From: Mobula hypostoma
Taxonomy: Eukaryota
Direction of reading: 5' to 3'
Assembly (NCBI RefSeq): GCF_963921235.1
Contig: NC_086097.1
Location: forward strand, 222,954,001 to 223,018,000
Length of the DNA stretch: 64,000 bases
Made by a program: the position numbers and the translations under genes. Under the pieces are notes generated by a model, which saw only the letters and a list, made by a program, of their open reading frames with translations, ran no database searches and was not told the origin of the DNA. Below are positions 51,266 to 64,000 of the stretch, piece by piece. The number at the start of each line of letters is the position of its first letter. Position 1 is the first letter of the stretch.

Positions 51266-52127
51266 TAGCTCAACATTTTGATTGAACTTATTAGAAATGC
51301 AACCATTTATCCAGGTTCTGAAATTCTATTATCTACAGTATGGTATCTGTAGAATGTATTCTAATGTTGTAAACTTTTAGAAATATAAGGGCTATCTTTT
51401 GGTTGAAATTGAACTGTCTTTATTTTCTAACTGCAGTTTTTAATTGTGATTTCAGTTTCGCAATATTCTGCACTGCTTTAATTGGCCATGGAATATCAGC
51501 ACAAATAATATGAAGTGAAGGCAGTCCACGTCTAAGAATCAGATAGTTATAAGATTCATATATATAACAAATGTTCCTTTAGTTCTGTAGCTCACGCCTG
51601 TGAAATTGGAATGAAGGATTAGTCATTTTATACCCCTAGGGATTTCAGGAATTTTCTGTAAATAGTGCTGGACTATTTATGTAGCTTGGACTGTAAAACA
51701 AAGTCAAGAATATAATAATCCTAATTTGCAGGCAGTACTTTTTTGAAGTGAATACACAGAAATGGTGCTCTGTTAGTCAAAGATGGACTGACATTCTACA
51801 GAAACGAAAAAGTAAAATGAGAAAGAATGAATTATTTAATTATTTAGTAGTCTGTTATTATCAGGACATAATTCTTTGTGAAATTTGATTATTCTAATTG
51901 CATTCTTCTGCACTGAATGGTTGTAAAAGCACTCAAATCGGTACAGAGTTGTGCACAGCCAAAACTGAAATAAGAATGCCTTGGCTGACACTTTGTAATT
52001 ACATAAATAAAATTTTACTGCTAAGCTTGAAGTAAAAACTTTCTCTTCAACTTTTCTTATTGTATTCTTCAAATTTCCTTCCTCCCTATGATGGAAGGTG
52101 ATGTTCACAAAGGTATAGCCTTTAAGG

Positions 52128-52211
52128 CAGCAGTTCCCAACCTGAGGTCCATGGACGCCTTGGTTAATAAAAGGGGTCGGTCCATGGCATGAAAAAGGTT
52201 GGGGATCCCTG
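52128..52211. mobile_element. 84-bp hAT-type MITE
   Basis: Imperfect TIRs CAGCAGTTCCCAACCT / AGGTTGGGGATCCCTG; 8-bp TSD CTTTAAGG / CTTTAAGA. Confidence 0.8.
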
Positions 52212-54830
52212 CTTTAAGATAAAAAATGGATGTCAGAGAATCTCTGCAGCTTTGGACTGAAAGGTCGAATCACATTTGTGTCTGAAGTCTCACTATGCAC
52301 ACTGATATTTTCCAACCTTTGTATTGCATGAGGCATTGATAACTTCCATTGAACTTTTCCCTAAGCTCTATGGCTTACTTCAAATCAGGAGTATGACCAA
52401 GATTATTGTTTGCATATGTAACATTTTCTCACCCCTATCACTGCCATCATCAGGAGACAGGTGGGCCACTCTCAGTTAACTTAGCCATGACTTATTTTAT
52501 AGGAGTAGGAAGGTCCGGGATTCATGTCATTTGAAACTGTTGAGTCCTGCAAGTCAGTACATCAGCACAAGACTGAGGGAGAATGACACTTAGAAAAATA
52601 ATATCATACAGATGAGATTTCAAGCGAGATTTCCTTCTCAGATGGCCTGAAAGAACACAGGACTTCATCTGCACTTCCCACTAGATGAAACCACGATTTT
52701 CCATTTCCTCTTCTCCTGATTGTGCACCAATCTCTCGTCCCTGTTTCTGGCTCTAAACAGCCCTTCAGTTCACTAAATCTGGAGATCGAGCTATTGTTGT
52801 CAGAGAAAGGGTGGCAACCTGTTGGCTTTTAGCTTCAGTTGCTAAGCAGCTGACGGAGCTTGACTAATCGCAAGTTCCTCTTGCACACTAGTTTACTAGT
52901 TGAGATTTAGCTGGTACTTGCTATTGGTGAATGAGTTGTTTCTGTTGTGTGTTCTGGTGATGGTGGCTAGCCGGCTGCTAGTTGTGAATAGGTGGCTTGT
53001 AATTGCCTTCTAGTAAGGCTAATAAACCTGCTATGGTTTACTGAAACTTGTTACCGGATAAATTGCGTCTAGTTGTTCATAAGTAGGTAACCTCCAGAGG
53101 CATGGTGCTGCTGGTTGCCGATTGCTTTCGGCTTTTATATAGCTCGATCGATGTCTTGGATAAATTCAGAAGCATGGCACCAATGTGCACCATCTTGTGT
53201 ACCTGTTTTCAGCTCTCAGAAATGTAATCAGCCCCTTTTGACAGGAATGCATGAACAATACTTGATGCACGTCTTGGTTATAATTCCTGAAGTCAGTGTT
53301 GTGAAATTTGGTTCCTTCTGGCAACAGTTCCAATCTGCTTTATTATTTTCCTGATGTTCTGTGGTTTTCCTGACTCCAGCTCAAATTGTATGGCTATTCA
53401 ACTGAATCTCTCTTTTGTAATTTGAAACATTAAATCATTAAAACTTGTGTTTTCCCCTTGAAAAAAAAGACTAATTCCAGAATTCTAAACTAATAGGTAC
53501 TCATAAAACTATAATTCTTATACTCTTTGATGGCTGGTAATTTCTGCACAGCAGGTTGCATTTATGTAATGGCCTTAGTGCGACAAAGTATACTTTTACA
53601 AGGCTTTGCGGTCACTTTTGGTCATGATTGGCTTTCTGGTGTCTGTTCTAACAGGAGATTGTTAGATTCTGTTGGAAGCTGTTTCCGTTCATGTATGCAC
53701 TGCAAAGTATTTCTGTGTGAGTTCACACCTTTATTTGGAAGAAATTTCCTGTCAGTAACATTCATAAGCTTGCTAATTTATCAGTATCCTTAGAAGTATG
53801 ATGATTAGATGAGGATTGAAACCTTTTATAGGCACAAAATGCTTCTAATTTGTTGAAATTGGAATGTCTATCAATTGCTAAAAGCCTGCTCAAAAATGGT
53901 ATGATCTTGAATGCCAATATTTTTGTTTAGCCAAGTGGGACATAAAATGCTTGAAAGGGGAGGAATTAAACCCCTCATATGGCACTTTCCTTGTACTGCA
54001 ACATTTGTACACCATTTTTAATGTAATGCTACCATTTCTTGGGAATAAAGACACTCATGACATCTTCATGTTTGTTTTTATTTGAGTTATTTGTTATTGT
54101 ATCCCTGCATTTGTAATGTAATTAAATCATCCACAAATTCACCCTCAGAACTTGCATTAAGGCTGCAACTGCTGTTAGGCAAACAAACCTCAAGGTTGTA
54201 TAATTTATACATTCTTTAATAATAAATGCACTTTGAATCTTTGAACTACCATGGTGTTAACATGATAGCAAAATCTCAAATCAGATCCTAATGGACATAT
54301 ACTACAACAGAAAGCTGACTCTTACTAATAGGTAACCTTCGGCAACAGAATGAATGTGGATGATTGTAAGGTGTACTTTGGAGATTGTAAATATACATTG
54401 TTCTGCTAAATATCTGAAATACAAATGCTGGTAAAAACAGCCTTTACCTGAATATATACAAAAAGGTAATATTTTTAAAAAACTACATTTTAGAATCTGA
54501 TATTAAAATGTTAACAAGTTCTGTGGTTTTAATTCTGAATAATCTATCTTCAATATTTTTGATAACCTTTACTTTTCCCCAAACTTAAGTTCATGAAGTT
54601 AGCACTGAGCAGAAGAAAAGAATTTTGTCAAAGTGGCACAGTCTTATTTTGGAAAAGGTTTATTGAACTGTCCACTCTGTATGACAATTAATTGAAATCT
54701 AATATAACTAGCGCTGTCTTCTGATAAAATATAAGACAATCCTGCAGACTGATTTCAGCTGTATTAGATGTAACTTGCAATATCAGCAGAATTTGTAAAA
54801 GAATATTAATTGTGTTCTTTTTCATTGAAG

Positions 54831-55026
54831 GGAACTTCAGAGACTGAGCAGCATCACCAAATCACCCGTATTTGCACATTTTTCTGAGACTCTTGGGGGC
54901 CTGACAACTATCAGGGCGTATAAACTTCAAGACAAGTTCCTTCAACAAATTCTTGAGAAGATTGATTGTAATACTGTTGCTTTTTTATATCTGAACACTG
55001 TGAACAGGTGGCTGGCTATACGACTG
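54831..55026 (+). CDS. ABCC SUR-like transporter, window exon 13 (absent from ORF track)
   Basis: tgaAG acceptor, CTG|GTTAGT donor; phase 2/0; ELQRLSSITKSPVFAHFSETLGGLTTIRAY...LNTVNRWLAIRL. Confidence 0.95.
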
Positions 55027-55261
55027 GTTAGTTTATAAATTAACTATATATTTAATGACATCTAAGATCTCTTTATTTCTTTCTTAGTGCTTGTGAAAAA
55101 ATCTATTTGGAGTTGTTAATAGCATAGTATTAGAAGACAATCTAAAATTTTAACCTTTAGTTGCCAGATGTTTGATATGTTAATAATGAATAATATCCTT
55201 CCTATCTGAATTTTGAAACATACACAAGTAAGTTCAAGTTAATATGAGTTCTGTTTTTCAG

Positions 55262-55375
55262 GATACAATTGGAACAAGTGTTGTGTTTGCTTCAGCAATT
55301 TGCTCATTATTGACAGCAGCACTGGGTTACCTGCAAGCTGGCCTTGTTGGCCTTGCCATTCTATATGCTTTAAAG
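55262..55375 (+). CDS. ABCC SUR-like transporter, window exon 14: TM16-17 (absent from ORF track)
   Basis: ttcAG acceptor, AAG|GTACAG donor; 114 nt, phase 0/0; DTIGTSVVFASAICSLLTAALGYLQAGLVGLAILYALK. Confidence 0.93.
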
Positions 55376-58297
55376 GTACAGTAAAATCGCCAAATGCAAA
55401 TTCATAAAAACTATGTTCTCGATGTTAGAGTGGCTGTTAATGCATAAATGCTATGAATGATTCTTCATTTATTTCTGATAGTTTTGCTACAAAGTCATTT
55501 GACTTTTAAAAAATACCTTGCCATTAAAAAACAAAACTTCCAACAGACAAGATGAGTCAAACAGATCTTTCTACTTCTATTTGTCTGTAAGGAATATATT
55601 TTAACGTGCAAAGCTGTGATGCACTAAGGACCGATAACAAAGATAAGTCAGAAGGATTAATATAACTTAATTGTTTTTTTTAAATTCTATAAATTTGTCA
55701 ATATAAAAGGAACAGTTTAACATACTTTCCACACTCATCTTTCACTTTGTTGTGCAAATGTAGTAAGTTCTTGCAGTTACATCTTGTCCAGGTTCTGCTT
55801 GATCTTTCTTACCACTCATCTACCAAAACAACCCTTCAGACATTGAGTTCATTACTTTAGTCTTTACTTGGGTACTTGGTAGATCTTTCCTGATACTTAT
55901 TATTTTTTTCCAAGATTGATTCTAAATTTATACTTCACTAATTTAACTTTCTAACCTGTCTTCTGTTCTCAAGCTCTTCAGGTTTATATCACAGAATTAT
56001 TCCCTAAATAATTCATGCATTTCTTAATGTATTACTGTATTCATTCAACCTCTCTTCACAATTGTCACCTCAGATATTTTTTCTAATTGCACATACAAGT
56101 TTAATCCATTGAAAATCAACAAACTGCAGATATTGGAAGTCTGAAATAAACCAGAAAATGCTAGAAACACACACACAGCAGATCAGGCAGCAACTGTGTA
56201 AAGAAACTGTTAACATTTCGGGTCAAAACTGGGAAGATTATAAAACAACTTAGCTTTATGTTGCAGAGAGGATGGGGCGGGCATGGGAAGGATACCTTTG
56301 AAAGGGTGTGGCCAACATTTAAGGAGCTGTGTAGTTAATAAATTAACAAGAAAGACTGAAGGAGAGAAACAAAACAAAAGACATTAGATCAGTGAAATAC
56401 AGATCAGAACTGTTGTTAAAATCAACAGAAAAAGGCAGGAAAACAAGAAACTTCAGATAATGGAATCTGAGATAAAATAAAATAAAAATGCTGGGAAGTT
56501 CCCTGACCCAAAATTTTAACTGGTTTCTCTTTACACAGATACTGTTTGACTGGCAGAGTTCTTCCAGCATTTCCTGGTTTTTTTTAGAAAAATGCTGAAA
56601 ATATTCAAAACATCAGACAGTGCCTGTGTAGAGAAAAAAAAAATGATTTGATATTACAGATGCAAAATCTTGCAGCAGAATTGGCCACCTTTGATATAAT
56701 CAGGCAAAATGGGGTGTCTGAAATAGTTGAATTGAGTTGTAAAAGGCTGCAATATGCCTGGGCAGAAAATGAGCTGTTATTCCTCAAACTTATCATGTGC
56801 TTTGTCAGAATAATGTAGGAGGCCATAGGCAGATCAGCAGTGTAACAAGGAGAATTAAAGTGATAGGCGACAGGTAGCTCTAGCTTAACCTCCAGCGGGA
56901 TTCTGCAAACAGTCTGCCAGTCTGTATTTGGTTTCCCCAGGACCTAAAAGACCATAGCATGAACATTGAATGCTGTATGCTGTATTGCAAGAAGTAGAAG
57001 TGAAATTCTGCTTCATTTGGAAGGACCTTTTGAGTCTCTGAATGGTGGGAAGGGATGAGGGAAAAGATCAGCTCTTTTATCTCGTGCAGTTGCATGGGAA
57101 GACATGGGCAATTGGTAGAGATAGAAAAATGGACCAAGAAGATACAAAGGGAACAATCCCTTCAGAATGCTGAAAGAGGACGGGAGGCAAGAAGAGACTG
57201 GTGGTAGAATTTTTCTGAATATAATTAGAATTGTGTAAGGATGATCTATTAAGTGCAGAGGCTAGACAGGTGAAAGGATAATGGGAAATCTTATCCTTGT
57301 TCTGGCTGGAGGAGAAGGATTGAAAATCAAAGAGCAGGAATTAGATGAAATGTGGTTGAGGGATGTGTCAGCTATTGTATAGAGGAAGCCATGGTTAAGA
57401 CAAAAGGAAAATATCTCCAAAACAACTGTGTGAAAAGTCTTTATTAACAGAACAGCACTTGATGGAATTGAGAAAAAAGAATGGAGTCCTTGTAGGAGGA
57501 AATGGGGAAAATGAAAGCTCTGCCAGCTTTCTTGTGGGATATGGGGACCAGTCCTTTTTCAGTCCTACACAACTCTCCCTCTACCCTTTGTTCATTGTAA
57601 TAATGTTTCTTCCTGCACTTGTAGAGAACTTGAATATGTCATTATTTTTGTACCTTTCCAACTTGCTTTTGCTTTCACATCTTCTTCTTCCCTCTATTTT
57701 TGGACTTACCTGTTTTCATCTCAAAGTGTGTTTTAATAATTAATACCTATTACATGCCCACAAATTCCCACCACTGTCCTTCTTACAATACACCATTATT
57801 TCCAACAAGGATACATTCCATTCTGTCCCCATTGTTGCTGCTAAGACGATAGGTCTTTTCCTTTGATCTATCCAGCTCTCCTCCACCCTCTCAGCAAGCT
57901 AAAACTAGCCTATTTGCTCACTTTCCCAATTCTCATAAATGCTCTTTGACTTGAAATGTAAGTTATTTTTAATGCTCCCCCTTCTGTAATTGATGCCTGA
58001 TCTGCTGTGTGTTTTCAGTATATTTTGTTTTTAATTTGGGTCTAATACCTGATCTGTGATGAGTTAGCTCATCTATTTTCAAGGTTATCATAACCAGAAT
58101 AAAGGTTAACAAGAACATGATCTGCTACGTTGAAAATTATATTGAGATTGTAAAACCATTGCAAAGGAGTAAAATAATTGAGTATAATTGAGTACTTCAA
58201 AAGGAAGATGGCAAGCAATACCAAAAGTAAACTGAATGATTTTTTAATTATTAGTTCCACTGTCTACTTTTATTTACATGGTTCTTATTTTTCTCAG

Positions 58298-58430
58298 ATG
58301 TCTTCTTACTTGAATTGGTGCGTCCGTGAATTTGCTGATATGGAAATGCAAATGAATGCGGTAGAAAGAGTCAATCATTACACCGCCCTTCCATCTGAAC
58401 AGGAACATGAAGAATCACAAATTGATATAG
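58298..58430 (+). CDS. ABCC SUR-like transporter, window exon 15: end of TMD2
   Basis: ctcAG acceptor; MSSYLNWCVREFADMEMQMNAVERVNHYTALPSE; 3' end set at the weak G|GTTCAA donor because the next exon needs phase 1. Confidence 0.88.
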
Positions 58431-59654
58431 GTTCAAACTTTAAGTTATTTAATGCATTGATATCCAATCTACTGTTGTTTAAGTGATGTACAGTATATGC
58501 TTGACTTGAATTCCTTAAAAAGGAATTCTTAAAATCCAAACTTGAGTATGCTGTTCACATTGTGTTAATGCACCTGATAATGGTCTGTATGCTGAAATTT
58601 ACAGTACAATTTGAATTGACGTAATAGTCCTAGCAGCATGTAACAAAATTAGTCAAATATAATTGTACTTTTCCTTGAGATTGATCAGTTGAATTTGGGC
58701 TGACATCGAACATTGGTGTATTACACTTTAATTATAATTATTCATCTCATTTAAAAAATAACAGCATGTAATCTTAATTGCTCACAAATGCTAATAACAT
58801 AAATGGGAATTTGATTACACATAATAGATTGTACACCCACAGGTTTTTACCACAAAACGAATTTCTTTAGTTAGTTTACCTTCGCAGATTATTTATAGAA
58901 TAGCAATCAGGAGCAGAAATGGGTGTTCTCTGATTTCATTTCAATGCCATTTTCATTCAGAAATATTGTTTATGATTTCTAAAAATGCTTTTTAACTAAA
59001 ATCCACTTATATAGTGCTTCCAAATTACTTCGCAAAGCACTTCAGAGTAGTGGTTTCAAACAATAAAGATATACTGAGCCTCACAGGGAAATATAGAGTG
59101 GCTGACCTGAGTCTTGGTCAGAGGAAGATTTCAAGTAGCTGCTTAAAAGAGGAAAGAGAGAGAGAGAATGGCAGAGATGGCTTTGGAGAGAATTTCAGTG
59201 CTTAGGGTTATAGCAGCTGCATGCCCAGCTGCCAGTGATGGAGCTGGGAATTTTGGGAATACAATGCCAAGGTCTATCTTTAGCACTCTTACTTTTCTTC
59301 TACATTTTGTCCCATCAGCAATATTATTTGAAAACATGCATCACTTCTTTTCACAAGTACTTCAGTGACACTTGGCTTTATTTCACCATCACCTCAAGAT
59401 CCCTTGCTGTCTTTAAATAGTTCTTATTCACCACAAGCACATAATTAAAATTGCATGGTTTGCTATATGCATTTTCTAAAAACCATCATAAATTTGGCTA
59501 TGATTATATACATATTCCAACAATGATTGGTTGTTTCTTTACTTACATTATCACAGTGACTACAATTCTGAAATACTGCATTATGTGTAAAACACATTGG
59601 TAATATATTTTGGGCCATCTTAAAGTAATGAAAGGGTGCTGTAGAAATGTAAAA

Positions 59655-59755
59655 GAGTCCCAATGCAGGGTCTCAGGCCAAAACATTGGCTCTTTATTTC
59701 TCTCCATTGTTGCTGCCTGACCTGCTGAGTTCCTCCAGCATTTAGTGTGTGTTAC
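59655..59755 (-). mobile_element. Penelope-type terminal repeat fragment
   Basis: tgctgcctgacctgctgagttcctccagcatttagtgtgtgtt. Confidence 0.7.
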
Positions 59756-59969
59756 TGGAGAAATGTCTTTCTGTTTTAATATGCTTGGGCAGTTCTGCAA
59801 TTATTTTATATATTTTACATAATTTTTTTGGAAAAGGAATATTAATTCTTATGCCCAAACTCTTAATGCATGCATTACTAAATGACAATAAAAGAGGACT
59901 ACATGTCTTCATAATCTAAAATGTTGGATTACTCACCAGATTTTTTTTTTCGTGTTGCTTTTCCTTTAG

Positions 59970-60173
59970 ACTCAAATCTCGCCAACTGGCCTCACTATGG
60001 AGAGATAGAGTTTAATGAGGTCAGTGTACGATATGATAAGAAGCTTGACCCTATCCTGCACAAACTGACATTAAAAATTAACCCTGGAACAAGAGTTGGA
60101 ATTTGTGGCCGAACTGGAAGTGGAAAGTCAACTTTGACATTAGCTCTGATGAGAGTTATTGATAACTTTGAAG
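59970..60173 (+). CDS. ABCC SUR-like transporter, window exon 16: NBD2 start and Walker A
   Basis: tttAG acceptor, G|GTTTGT donor; phase 1/1; NWPHYGEIEFNEVSVRYDKKLDPILHKL...VGICGRTGSGKSTLTLALMRVIDNFEG. Confidence 0.95.
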
Positions 60174-63100
60174 GTTTGTTTTTCTTGATTAAAAATTGAA
60201 AGCTTGCATGGTATAAATAACCAAAGGGAAAAATATACTAAAAATTAGATTATGCCAATTAATCCAGATATTTGCATAATTTATACATTTATTGAACTGT
60301 AGGTTTTTGAATGTTAATTGACGTACAATGAAAGACATAAAATACAAGTCGATGGGAGTAGGCAGTTTAAATAGTTTGGCACAGACTAGATGGACTAAAG
60401 GGCTTGTTTCTGTGCCCTACTTTTCTATGACTCTATGACCACATATAGTGATTGCAGTAATATCAGCCTAAATAATAAAAATTACTCATTACAAATACAC
60501 TCCATGCCAGTCTATTTCTCAAATTACAACGTTTGAAGCATTCCACCATTTATTTTTTTAAAAAGTAGTTCACATGAATCTCCCAGTGTAAATGACAACA
60601 CAGCAAAGTGTTTTTATACTCCCTTGAATCTATTAATGCAGCAGCTGGATTGCCATTGGGGTTGGGTCTTTATTGTTGCATAAATAAATGTGGTTACTTG
60701 AGAAAGCTATTTAGATGCTAGAGGCAAGGAAAGAGGTACAGAAGGTCATATTGCATAACAGAACCATGAGGAGCATGACTTGTTTGGTTGAGAATCTGTG
60801 CCATTATAAATTATTTCCAGAGAAAACATGAGGGAGATTTTTCTGATATTCATCACGATTGAGATATTGAGCAATACTTTCATATACTACATAGTCAAGG
60901 TTGCATGCAAAAATTTGGAGCAGGTTTTGGAAAACATTTCTTTAGACATATTTTAATCGTTGCTGGAATTGGTTGACAATAAGAGTGACTGAAGGCATTT
61001 AAGAATAGATATTCTACAAAAAATATTCAGAGGAATTGAAAAGACTTGGCAAATAAAAACAGAAAATACAGGAAATACTTTGACTGTGGGCAAGTCAGGT
61101 TGTGTATGGAGAGAGAAAGTGTTAACATTTCAGATCAGTGATCTTTCATCAAAACTGTGCTTTTGGAAAAGTCTGCTGAATGCTCTGTTAAAACTTTGAT
61201 TTTTCCATCCAAACAGAATTCGAGAAAGCATGGAAAGTAGTTAAATAGTTTTGTAGCAACCAGAAGGCAGAATTTTAAAACTGTCAGTAGTTTGTCTATA
61301 ATGCTTCATATTTCCAGTGGGGGTGGGTTGATGTTATAAATTTCAGTATATATTTAGACTTTGTCACATACTCACTTTGAAATGCCTTTTTTAAGACTGT
61401 AAGGTGATCTGAGTTGGATAAAAATAGACCACTTCATAAGATCTACAAGAGAAGAAATGGGAGAGGAGGTATCAGTGATTAAGGAAAGACATAATAAATG
61501 GTGAAAATCTGTCTTTAATAGTAAAAAGTAAAATTAGATTTAAGATTTTGGTAGGATTTGATTATTCATATCAGGTAGCAGCTTTGAAGTGAACCAATTA
61601 CACTTGAAAAGGATGAAGTGTTTAACTCATTAGAAATCTGGATAATTAAATTAACTTTTGTCAGTAAAATACTTTGCATGGTTTTCCATAACAATGTTTT
61701 ACCCCAGCACTAAGCAATGAATAGTAATAAGCAATGAATAGTATTCAGTTAACAGCTATATAAAACCTGTATATTTATTGAACAGTAATCATAATGTGAT
61801 GAATTTCAGTACAGGAGGGGGATACCAATATAGCTACCATGATTCTAGGATAAGGTAAAATTGGTATTCAAAGTCTCAATAGAAAAAAAATCATAGACTC
61901 AGGGAAATAAACAACAACATAATTGCACAGCAATTTATTTTCCTAAAACCAGGAGCTCTAAATTGTTAAAATAAATAAGCAGGGGCATCTAAAGAGGTAA
62001 ACGCTGATGTAAAAGCAAACCAAACTTGACAAAAATACAAAAACTAGGATAGGGCCTGGTGTCTGGGGACAATTGGATAAATAGGGGTACATAAGAAGAG
62101 TATAAACAGAAATTTGCAGGTGACGTAACCACGAACTGAGAAGTATTCAACATTAGATAAAAGATTATTTTAAGGAACACTGAGATTGTTGCAAAACTGA
62201 ACAACCATCTATAATGAAAATGATGAAATAATGAACATGCTAGTGACTTCTCAAAATCAACATTAGCTAAACTACAAATAATGGCAATAAATAATGAAAA
62301 ATCACTAGGACTAGATGGTTTCTATTCCAATTTTTTCTTAAAGAAATAAGTGGGGAAACTGCAGACTCTTTTATCCTTCAGAAATCTCTTAACTGGGTAA
62401 TTATTGGTTTTGGAGCATTGTATATCCCACTTGCTATTTAAAAAGATGGAGGAGGAGGTAGGAAATTATGCTGTTGTCTATAGTTGGCAAATTAAATTGC
62501 TAGTATATTACTGACTTTGGAAACTTTTCACCTTATCTCAGAGAGCCAGTATGACATTGTATATGGTAGATAGTGCCTAAAAATCCTAATTTTTTAAAGT
62601 TGACTTAAGTACTGATTGTCAATGATGGTTTCACATGGATTTTCACATGGTAATTGGTGCTCCTTAATCAAAACTGTTAAATAAATTTGAAGTTTATGTT
62701 CTGTTATGAACAGTTTTCAAAGAACAGAATAACCAGTGAATATTAGGATTCCTGTTCATGTCTGCAGTAATTGAACAATCCATATCTTGTATTTGTGCAT
62801 CTTTAAACTCCTGTGAAATTGGGTTAGGTTGATCTGGTTTTGACTCGCTGCCTGTACATCCCTGGGCCAAATCAAGTGACTATATTAGATGACGCTTCAT
62901 TCCTGAGGGGGCCCATCAGCAAATCCACAAAGATGAGTAGTTGTTAGTGTCAAGTTTAACTGTGGATAGAGCTTTAGGTCTTGTCATAATGAAGGTTTTG
63001 TAAGAGTTTGTATGGGTCTGATACTTGAAGTCATTTAAAAATATTTGTGAAATTATGAAATATTATATTACACATTAAAACCCTGAGAGATAGCTTAAGA

Positions 63101-63244
63101 GGTTTTATTTGTATTTTGCAGTAACCCCCTTCCCAAGCACACTTCATTGCTTCTAAGATTATGGTACCCAAGGTTGGAAAGTGATGACACTTGTACCCAG
63201 ATTTTCAGTGAATCCCTGCAAATCCAAAATTGACTGTCCTGGGA

Positions 63245-64000
63245 CCAGTTCAAAGTAAATTTATTTTTAAAGTACATATATGTCAACATACACAACCCTG
63301 AGATTCATTTTCTTGCGGGCATACTCAAAAAGTCCATAATAGAAAAATAACCATAACAGAATCAATGAAAGACTACACCAACTTGGGCATTCAACCAGTC
63401 TGCAAAAGACAACAAACTGCACAAATACCAAAAGAAAAAAATAATAATAGTAAATAATCAATAAATATCGAGAATATAAGATGAAGAGTCCTTGAAAGTG
63501 AGTCCATATGTTGTGGGAACATTTCAGTGATGGGGTGAGTGAAGTTATCCCATTTGGTTCAAGATCCTGATGGTTGAGAGGTGATTTCTGTTCCTGAACC
63601 TGGTAGTGTGAGTCCTGAAGCTCCTGTACCACCTTCCTGATGACAGCAGTGAGAACAGAGCTTAACCTGTGTGCTGGGGGGTCTCTGATGGTGGATGCTT
63701 CTTTTCTGCAACAAAACTTTGTGTAGATATACTCAATGGTGGGCTTTACCTGTGATGGACTGGGCTGTATTCACTACTTTTTGTAGGATTTTCCACTCAA
63801 AGGTGGTTCCTTACCAGGCTGTGATGCAGCCAGTCGATATACTCTCCACCATACATCTTTAGAAGTTTGTCAAAGTTTTGAATGTCCTGCCAAATCTTCA
63901 TAAAGTTCTAAAGAAGTGGGGGCACTGCTTTCTTTGTAATTGCACTTGTGTGCCAGGACAGGTCCTCCGAAATGATAACACCAAGGAACTTAAACTTGCT
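63245..64000 (-). mobile_element. Rex1/Babar-type LINE 3' part (runs off window)
   Basis: Same family as 28872-29580: aaagtaaatttatt tail, gaagagtccttgaaagtgagtcc, ggctgtgatgcagccagtc. Confidence 0.85.

Noticed and set aside
1662..60173. Assigning the symbol ABCC8 or ABCC9
   Set aside because: Motifs are SUR-like, but sequence divergence and exon structure do not support orthology without a phylogeny.
1662..60173. Pseudogene status of the ABCC gene
   Set aside because: All 16 exons join in frame with GT-AG sites, no stops and intact Walker A/B, signature, Q- and H-loops; D after Walker B in NBD1 is normal for ABCC.

Overview
This is eukaryotic, AT-rich, intron-dominated DNA. The repeat complement (CR1 and Rex1/Babar LINEs, a V-SINE, Penelope-type palindromic repeats) points to a cartilaginous fish, probably a ray or skate; that assignment is inference. 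The whole window lies inside one + strand gene. I assembled 16 GT-AG exons between 1662 and 60173 (2494 nt, 831 codons + 1 nt), all splice phases compatible and with no stops. They encode an ABCC transporter from the end of TMD1 through NBD1 and TMD2 to the Walker A of NBD2; both gene ends lie outside the window. Diagnostic motifs are sulfonylurea-receptor-like (ABCC8/ABCC9), but the protein lacks the SUR RKR motif and NBD1 insertion, has an MRP-type linker, and appears to have different intron positions. It is a candidate third, ancestral-type SUR paralog. Almost all other ORFs in the track are transposon fragments or noise. Notable non-coding structures are a ~250-bp intronic palindrome, a stop-free in-frame 144-nt intron, Penelope-derived fold-back elements with hammerhead-ribozyme-like cores and TSDs, two tRNA-SINEs with a shared head but different bodies, and near-identical inverted LINE copies bracketing exons. 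All comparisons to known proteins and repeat families are from memory; no searches were run.
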